A stretch of DNA of 41,441 nt. Source: a virus. Its lineage: Duplodnaviria; Heunggongvirae; Uroviricota; Caudoviricetes. A program made the position numbers and the translations under genes. The notes beneath the pieces are model-generated. The model saw nothing but the letters and a program-made list of their open reading frames with translations, was not told the DNA's origin and made no database searches. Location: IMG/VR virus record IMGVR_UViG_2541047739_000012; one strand, written 5' to 3'. This document shows, one piece after another, positions 35,672-41,441 of this stretch. Numbering within the stretch: position 1 is the first letter of the stretch; every line of letters begins with the position of its first letter.

Positions 35672-36224
35672 TAGCTAACCAACGAAGCTAAGAGTTCTCC
35701 ACGGGTGAGGTGGAGTGCGTGCGCCGGACACGGGTGAGCATCCGGCACTGACAGTTTACTGAAAGGATATTTCCATGAAAAGTCAGACCATAACGCGAAA
35801 GCGCACGGCGAGGTAGCTGGTTCATAGATAGCCTGTCGTTAAATTTTCGTCGACCGTGCGCTTCCGGTTGTGGCACTCCGCGAAATGGCGCGGCGGTAAG
35901 TATGGCGGGGTTATTCCTTCCCCGTTGAGGACACCGGGTTGTCAGGTTGACCATACGCTTAAGTGACAACCCCGCTGCAACGCCCTCTGTTATCAATTTT
36001 CTGGTGACGTTTGGCGGTATCAGTTTTACTCCGTGACTGCTCTGCCGCCCTTTTTAAAGTGAATTTTGTGATGCGGTGAATGCGGCTAAGCGCACGCGGA
36101 ACAGTTAAAACCAAAAACAGTGTTATGGGTGGATTCTCTGTATCCGGCGTTAATTGTTAACTGGTTAACGTCACCTGGAGGCACCAGGCACCGCATCACA
36201 AAACTCATTGTTGAGGGCGCGATA

Positions 36225-36413
36225 ATGAAAACGTTATTACCAAACGTTAATACGTCTGAAGGTTGTTTTGAAATTGGTGTCACTATCAGTAATCCTGTAT
36301 TTACTGAAGATGCCATTAACAAAAGAAAACACGAACGGGAGTTATTAAATAAAGTATGCATTGTTTCAATGCTGGCCCGTTTACGTCTGATGCCAAAAGG
36401 ATGTGCACAATGA
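36225..36413 (+). CDS. small hypothetical protein
   Basis: Internal ATG of ORF 36120..36413 with SD GAGGGCG; 62 aa; stop overlaps the next start (ATGA). Confidence 0.4.
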   Translation: MKTLLPNVNTSEGCFEIGVTISNPVFTEDAINKRKHERELLNKVCIVSMLARLRLMPKGCAQ

Positions 36414-36601
36414 ATCCAGTATTTGCACTTATTCTGACGGTTTTTCTTGTTTCCGGAGAGCCAGTTGATATTGCAGTCAGTGTTCACAGAACAATGCAGG
36501 AATGTATGGCAGCAGCAACCGAACAGAAAATTCCAGGCAACTGTTATCCGGTCGATAAAGTTATTCACCAGGATAATAACGAAATCCCGGCAGGATTTTA
36601 A
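36410..36601 (+). CDS. small exported or membrane protein
   Basis: Internal ATG of ORF 36356..36601 with SD AAGGA; 63 aa with hydrophobic N-terminus (MNPVFALILTVFLVSGEP) and three Cys. Confidence 0.45.
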   Translation: MNPVFALILTVFLVSGEPVDIAVSVHRTMQECMAAATEQKIPGNCYPVDKVIHQDNNEIPAGF

Positions 36602-36694
36602 AACAGCACCGTAATAAATATCCAGTTTCATTCTTATATGTCAGCAATGGCAGAGATTTGTTCACCCTTAAATCTGTGATGAGGTTTACCAATA

Positions 36695-39121
36695 ATGAGC
36701 ACTGATAAAGAAGAATTTGCACTATATTGCGAAGCAAAAAATGACAAAGTAAGAAAACGCCTGGGAATTAAAGGTGGTTTTTACTGGACTACAGCAAAAA
36801 AATTATCTGTTGCAATCTCCCGCTGCATTACCGCAATGGATGACAACGATTATGATGAAGACGACTTTAAAAAACCCGTCCGCGTCAATTTGCCCGTTGT
36901 TGACGACCTTCCGCCAGAAGGCGTGTTTGATACTGAATTCTGCAACCGCTATGAAAAAGGCGGGAAAGATGGCATCACAATGACATTTATCGGCCCTTCC
37001 CCCTCTGTTCGGGACAAACCAGCCAGCACTGACAATACCAACATCAACGGCGAAGACATGACTGAGATTGAGGAGAGCATGCTTCTGCCTGTCTCCGGTC
37101 AGGAACTGCCCATTCGTTGGCTTGCTCAACACGGCAGCGAAAAACCAGTAACGCACGTTTCACGCGACGAACTCCAGGCATTACACATTGCACGGGCTGA
37201 AGAACTACCGGCTGTTACTGCTCTGGCTATTTCGCATAAAACCAGTCTGCTCGACTCGCTGGAGATTCGCGACCTCCACAAACTGGTTCGTGACACTGAC
37301 AAAGTTTTCCCTAATCCTGGTAATTCAGACCTGGGACTAATAACTGCTTTTTTCGAAGCATACCTGGACGCTGACTACATTGATCGGGGTCTGCTGACAA
37401 AAGAGTGGATGAAAGGAAATCGTGTTTCACGCATCACCCGCACGGCTTCCGGTGCTAATGCTGGCGGTGGGAACAAAACCGATCGCAATCCGAATTTAGT
37501 ACACACCCTCGACACACTGGATGTGGAGATTGCAGCAGCCACACTTCCGGTGGATTTTAATATTTATGAAATTCCGGGCAGCGTTTATCGTCGCGCAAAA
37601 GAAGTAGTCCTGAAAAAAGAAAGTCCGTTCAAAGAATGGTCCGCAGCACTTCGTGCAACCCCGGGTATTCTGGACTATTCCCGCGCCGCTATTTTTGCAC
37701 TTATCCGAAGCGCACACCCTGAATTTTATCACTACCCGGGACGCCTTCAGGGGTATATCAACGCCTATTTGACGGAAACTGATCACGAGAACCCCAGCAA
37801 GGAAACTCTCACAGCTGCCCGGCATACGCCGGAAAAAGATATCCTGGAAGAAATTAACCGCGAGGTGGTTACTGAACGTGAAACAGAGGAAGAAAAACCA
37901 CAACCATCTGACGCAATGGCAGGTGAACAGGCAACAACTGAAACAATGGAACCGGATACAACTGAACATTGCCAGAACGCTCAGTCGCAGGTGAGTTCCG
38001 CTAACCAAGTAAAAGTCACCGCTGACGAAGTAAACAAAATTATGCAGGCAGCCAATATCAGCCAGCCTGACGCCGATAAGTTACTTGCTGTATCGCGTGG
38101 TGAATTTGTTGAGGGGATTAGCGACCCTAATGATCCGAAATGGGTCAAGGGGATCCAGACTCGCGATTCTGTGAACCAGAACCAGCATGAATCGGAACGG
38201 AACGACCAAAAAGCGGAACAAAACAGCCCAAATGCGTTACAAAACGAGCCAGAAACGAAACAATCCGAACCAGTAGCGCAACAGGAACCGGAAAAAGTCT
38301 GCACCGCCTGCGGTCAGAGCGGTGGCGGCAACTGCCCTGATTGTGGCGCGGTGATGGGCGACGCAACATACCAAGAAACATTCGATGAAGAGAATCAGGT
38401 TGAAGTTCAGGAAAATGATCCGGAGGAAATGGAAGGCGCTGAACATCCACACAAGGAGAACCCTGGCGGCAATCAGCATCACGCCAGCGATAATAAAACT
38501 GGCGAGGCGACAGATCCCTTAATTAAGGTGAATGGTCATCATAAGCTCACATCCACCAGCAGAGCGGGGATTCATCTGATGATCGACCTTGAAACCATGG
38601 GAAAAAATCCCGATGCCCCGATTATCTCAATAGGCGCAATATTTTTCGATCCACAAACCGGAGATATGGGACCGGAATTTAGCAAGACCATCGATCTGGA
38701 TACTGCTGGCGGAGTCATTGATCGTGACGTCATTAAATGGTGGCTGAAGCAATCACGTGAAGCGCAGTCTGCCATTATGACCGATGAAATCCCGTTAGAT
38801 GATGCACTACTGCAATTGCGGGAATTTATCGCCGAAAACTCCGGTGAATTTTTTGTTCAGGTCTGGGGTAATGGGGCCAACTTCGACAACGTGATTTTAC
38901 GCCGTTCATACGAACGACAGGGTATCCCCTGCCCGTGGCGCTACTGCAACGATCGCGATGTACGCACAATCGTTGAGCTGGGGAAAGCCATAGACTTCGA
39001 TGCCAGAACTGCTATCCCATTCGAAGGTGAGCGCCATAATGCACTTGATGACGCTCGTTACCAGGCAAAATACGTTTCAGCTATCTGGCAAAAACTGATC
39101 CCGAGTCAGGCTGATTTTTAA
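36695..39121 (+). CDS. large exonuclease with C-terminal DEDDh 3'-5' exonuclease domain (often annotated exodeoxyribonuclease VIII-like)
   Basis: 808-aa ORF; C-terminal DEDDh motifs (MIDLETMG; WGNGANFDNV; HNALDDARY); acidic low-complexity linker and zinc-ribbon-like CTACGQSGGGNCPDCG; located upstream of xis/int. Confidence 0.7.
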   Translation: MSTDKEEFALYCEAKNDKVRKRLGIKGGFYWTTAKKLSVAISRCITAMDDNDYDEDDFKKPVRVNLPVVDDLPPEGVFDTEFCNRYEKGGKDGITMTFIGPSPSVRDKPASTDNTNINGEDMTEIEESMLLPVSGQELPIRWLAQHGSEKPVTHVSRDELQALHIARAEELPAVTALAISHKTSLLDSLEIRDLHKLVRDTDKVFPNPGNSDLGLITAFFEAYLDADYIDRGLLTKEWMKGNRVSRITRTASGANAGGGNKTDRNPNLVHTLDTLDVEIAAATLPVDFNIYEIPGSVYRRAKEVVLKKESPFKEWSAALRATPGILDYSRAAIFALIRSAHPEFYHYPGRLQGYINAYLTETDHENPSKETLTAARHTPEKDILEEINREVVTERETEEEKPQPSDAMAGEQATTETMEPDTTEHCQNAQSQVSSANQVKVTADEVNKIMQAANISQPDADKLLAVSRGEFVEGISDPNDPKWVKGIQTRDSVNQNQHESERNDQKAEQNSPNALQNEPETKQSEPVAQQEPEKVCTACGQSGGGNCPDCGAVMGDATYQETFDEENQVEVQENDPEEMEGAEHPHKENPGGNQHHASDNKTGEATDPLIKVNGHHKLTSTSRAGIHLMIDLETMGKNPDAPIISIGAIFFDPQTGDMGPEFSKTIDLDTAGGVIDRDVIKWWLKQSREAQSAIMTDEIPLDDALLQLREFIAENSGEFFVQVWGNGANFDNVILRRSYERQGIPCPWRYCNDRDVRTIVELGKAIDFDARTAIPFEGERHNALDDARYQAKYVSAIWQKLIPSQADF

Positions 39122-39179
39122 TGTTCAACCCTAATTGCCGCTAACCGTATATAGTTAGCGGCGGTTATGAGATATAGCT

Positions 39180-39383
39180 ATGAGCAGCTTATTTTTAACC
39201 GAAGATGAATTGCTAATATTAACGGGCTGCAAATATGCAAGCCACCAGCGAAAATGGTTAATGGAAAACGGGCTTCCGTTCTATACCAATCGTAGTGGCA
39301 AACCGATTGTCAGCCGGGATCTATTTACCTGCAATAAAACTTTACCACCACGCGAGGTAGAGCCGAATTTTGGTGCGATCTGA
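39180..39383 (+). CDS. xis: excisionase-like small protein
   Basis: 67-aa ORF immediately upstream of and overlapping the integrase start (TGATG); call by position and size. Confidence 0.5.
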   Translation: MSSLFLTEDELLILTGCKYASHQRKWLMENGLPFYTNRSGKPIVSRDLFTCNKTLPPREVEPNFGAI

Positions 39384-40408
39384 TGGGAAGACGAAGGAAA
39401 AATCCTGAACACGAAAAATTACCTCCAAATGTATACCCAAATAAATATAGTTATGTATGGAAACCAACATCCAGAGAATCTGTCACACTAACCGCCATCA
39501 AGGATGGTTTAGCTGCTTTATGGAAAAAGTATGAGGAAACTGTAAATAATCGCGATCGTGCAATGACATTCGGTCGCTTGTGGGAAAAATTCCTCGCCAG
39601 CGCCTATTACAGTGACCTTAGTCCAAGAACACAAAAAGATTATCTGCAACATCAAAAAAAGTTGCTTGCCGTATTCGGTAAGGTACCAGCGGATTCCATA
39701 AAACCAGAACACATCCGTCGATACATGGACAAAAGAGGGGAGCAGAGTAAAACGCAAGCCAACCATGAAAAAAGCAGTATGTCCCGTGTTTACAGTTGGG
39801 GGTATGAGCGAGGGTACGTGAAGGCTAACCCATGTGCAGGTGTAAGTAAATTCAAGGCCAAAAACCGCGAACGATATGTAACCGACAAAGAATACCAGGC
39901 AGTATTAAGCGTTGCACCTCTTCCTGTTTTTATCGCAATGGAAATTGCCTATCTGTGTGCAGCGAGGGTTTCCGATGTGTTATCGCTGAAATGGGAACAG
40001 ATTGGAAACGACGGGATATTCATCCAGCAAGGGAAAACCGGAAAAAAACAGATAAAAGCATGGAGTCCACGATTACAGGCAGCGATCGAAAAAGCAAAAC
40101 AGTTACCAAAATCTGCCTATGTGATCAGCAATCAATACGGCAACCGATATATGTACAAAGGCTTTAACGAAATGTGGGTAGAAGCAAGAAATCGCGCAGG
40201 CAAAATTTCAGGTATTTTAACCGACTTCACCTTTCATGATCTGAAGGCGAAAGGAATTTCAGACTATGAAGGAAGCAGCCGGGATAAGCAACTTTTCTCT
40301 GGTCACAAAACCGAAGGGCAAGTGCTAATCTATGACAGAAAGGTTAAAGTTTCACCAACACTTGATGTCCCGTTACCTGAAAATATTCCAAGAAAATATT
40401 CCAAGTAA
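39383..40408 (+). CDS. int: tyrosine integrase
   Basis: 341-aa ORF with an N-terminal arm-binding-like basic region and a C-terminal catalytic domain (…HDLKAKGISDY…, …LIYDRK…); adjacent to a tRNA gene. Confidence 0.9.
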   Translation: MGRRRKNPEHEKLPPNVYPNKYSYVWKPTSRESVTLTAIKDGLAALWKKYEETVNNRDRAMTFGRLWEKFLASAYYSDLSPRTQKDYLQHQKKLLAVFGKVPADSIKPEHIRRYMDKRGEQSKTQANHEKSSMSRVYSWGYERGYVKANPCAGVSKFKAKNRERYVTDKEYQAVLSVAPLPVFIAMEIAYLCAARVSDVLSLKWEQIGNDGIFIQQGKTGKKQIKAWSPRLQAAIEKAKQLPKSAYVISNQYGNRYMYKGFNEMWVEARNRAGKISGILTDFTFHDLKAKGISDYEGSSRDKQLFSGHKTEGQVLIYDRKVKVSPTLDVPLPENIPRKYSK

Positions 40409-40415
40409 TTCCAAG
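40382..40415 (+). repeat. three direct repeats ATTCCAAG spanning the integrase stop (candidate Int arm-type sites)
   Basis: ATTCCAAG at 40385, 40398 and 40408 (spacings 13 and 10 bp), followed by the short palindrome GTGA-ttttt-TCAC. Confidence 0.4.
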
Positions 40416-40460
40416 TGTGATTTTTGTCACTGACTTAATGATGTGTAAGTGATTGAATTT

Positions 40461-40550
40461 TGGCGGAGAGAGGGGGATTTGAACCCCCGGTGGAGTTGCC
40501 CCCACTCCGGTTTTCGAGACCGGTCCGTTCAGCCGCTCCGGCATCTCTCC
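40461..40550 (-). tRNA. serU: tRNA-Ser (anticodon CGA), host gene serving as prophage attachment site
   Basis: 90-nt minus-strand cloverleaf with long variable arm: acceptor GGAGAGA, anticodon arm CCGGT-CTCGAAA-ACCGG, T-loop TTCAAAT, CCA; its 3' end faces the integrase 53 bp away. Confidence 0.85.
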
Positions 40551-40643
40551 GTTCAGATGGTTGCCATGATGCCAGGAAATTTGGCATTTTAACAGTCCCT
40601 GTCCGTGCAATTTTGTTCAAGTGACGAGTTTGCGAGCAAAACG

Positions 40644-41441
40644 ATGATTAAGTGGCCCTGGAAAGTACAAGAATCAGCACATCAAACTGCCCTTCCCTGG
40701 CAGGAAGCACTATCGATCCCCCTTTTAACGTGTCTGACAGAACAGGAACAAAGCAAATTGGTCGCTCTTGCCGAACGTTTTTTACAGCAAAAACGGCTTG
40801 TTCCTTTACAGGGCTTTGAGCTGAATTCATTAAGAAGCTGCCGGATAGCACTTCTATTTTGCCTGCCCGTTCTGGAGTTAGGACTGGAATGGCTGGATGG
40901 TTTTCATGAAATCTTAATTTATCCTGCGCCATTTGTGGTCGATGATGAATGGGAAGACGATATCGGTCTGGTGCATAACCAACGTATTGTTCAGTCAGGT
41001 CAGAGCTGGCAGCAAGGGCCTATCGTTTTGAACTGGTTGGATATACAAGATTCTTTTGATGCTTCTGGTTTTAACCTGATTATTCATGAAGTCGCTCATA
41101 AGCTGGACACCCGTAACGGCGATCGCGCCAGCGGAGTTCCCTTTATTTCGTTGCGTGAGGTTGCTGGCTGGGAACACGATCTTCATGCTGCAATGAACAA
41201 CATTCAGGAAGAAATCGAATTAGTTGGTGAGAATGCGGCGAGCATTGATGCTTATGCTGCCAGTGATCCTGCTGAATGTTTTGCCGTACTTTCTGAATAT
41301 TTCTTTAGCGCCCCAGAACTTTTTGCTCCTCGTTTCCCTTCATTGTGGCAACGTTTCTGTCAATTTTATCAACAAGATCCTTTGCAGAGACTGCATCACG
41401 CTAATGATACAGACTCGTTTTCGGCGACGAATGTTCATTAA
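40644..41441 (+). CDS. mtfA: Mlc titration factor A (host gene)
   Basis: ATG at 40644 ([20 protein letters not shown]...) to TAA at 41439-41441; recalled as E. coli MtfA; contains the HEVAHK metallopeptidase-like motif; different codon usage from the prophage. Confidence 0.85.
   Translation: MIKWPWKVQESAHQTALPWQEALSIPLLTCLTEQEQSKLVALAERFLQQKRLVPLQGFELNSLRSCRIALLFCLPVLELGLEWLDGFHEILIYPAPFVVDDEWEDDIGLVHNQRIVQSGQSWQQGPIVLNWLDIQDSFDASGFNLIIHEVAHKLDTRNGDRASGVPFISLREVAGWEHDLHAAMNNIQEEIELVGENAASIDAYAASDPAECFAVLSEYFFSAPELFAPRFPSLWQRFCQFYQQDPLQRLHHANDTDSFSATNVH

Noticed and set aside
35688-35996. 102-aa minus-strand ORF in the early-left non-coding region
   Set aside because: Opposite to the operon direction, no SD, Arg/Pro-rich odd composition; the region is better explained as structured non-coding DNA.
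36086-36631. 181-aa minus-strand Cys-rich ORF
   Set aside because: Antisense to two coupled plus-strand small genes with good RBSs; translation is Cys/Phe-rich nonsense typical of reverse-strand reading of AT-rich coding DNA.
37496-38482. Several 100-170-aa minus-strand ORFs inside the exonuclease gene
   Set aside because: Embedded antisense ORFs in the acidic low-complexity part of the gene; no start signals.

Overview
This window is about 40.5 kb of an integrated lambdoid prophage plus its host junction, read by eye from the sequence and the ORF track; protein identities are recalled resemblances and motifs, not database hits. The prophage lies with its early-right/late operon on the minus strand. 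From left to right: tail fibre assembly and side tail fibre genes, lom, lambda-type tail genes J-I-K-L-M-H with a G/G-T frameshift chaperone and major tail protein, an HK97-type head and packaging module (major capsid, prohead protease, portal, terminase large/small, HNH endonuclease), a phage-21-type lysis cassette (dual-start holin, SAR endolysin, Rz/Rz1), four tandem tRNA genes, antiterminator Q, rusA, nin-region genes including a hok/mok toxin locus and a lipoprotein moron, an O-like replication gene with internal iterons, a divergent cro-like/cI-like immunity switch, a rightward early operon ending in a large exonuclease, xis-like and integrase genes, and finally a host tRNA-Ser(CGA) and mtfA. 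The most interesting element is a three-gene, AT-rich, opposite-strand cassette at 25556-27104, wedged between Q and the tRNA/lysis genes. It encodes a 293-aa soluble protein and two small membrane proteins that I cannot assign to any family; I read it as a candidate prophage-borne abortive-infection or exclusion module. Other points worth a second look are the tRNA array with its own promoter and one non-canonical member, intrinsic terminator hairpins between late genes, two very acidic small early proteins, and a roughly 550-bp structured non-coding region in the early-left operon. No CRISPR array or transposase was seen.
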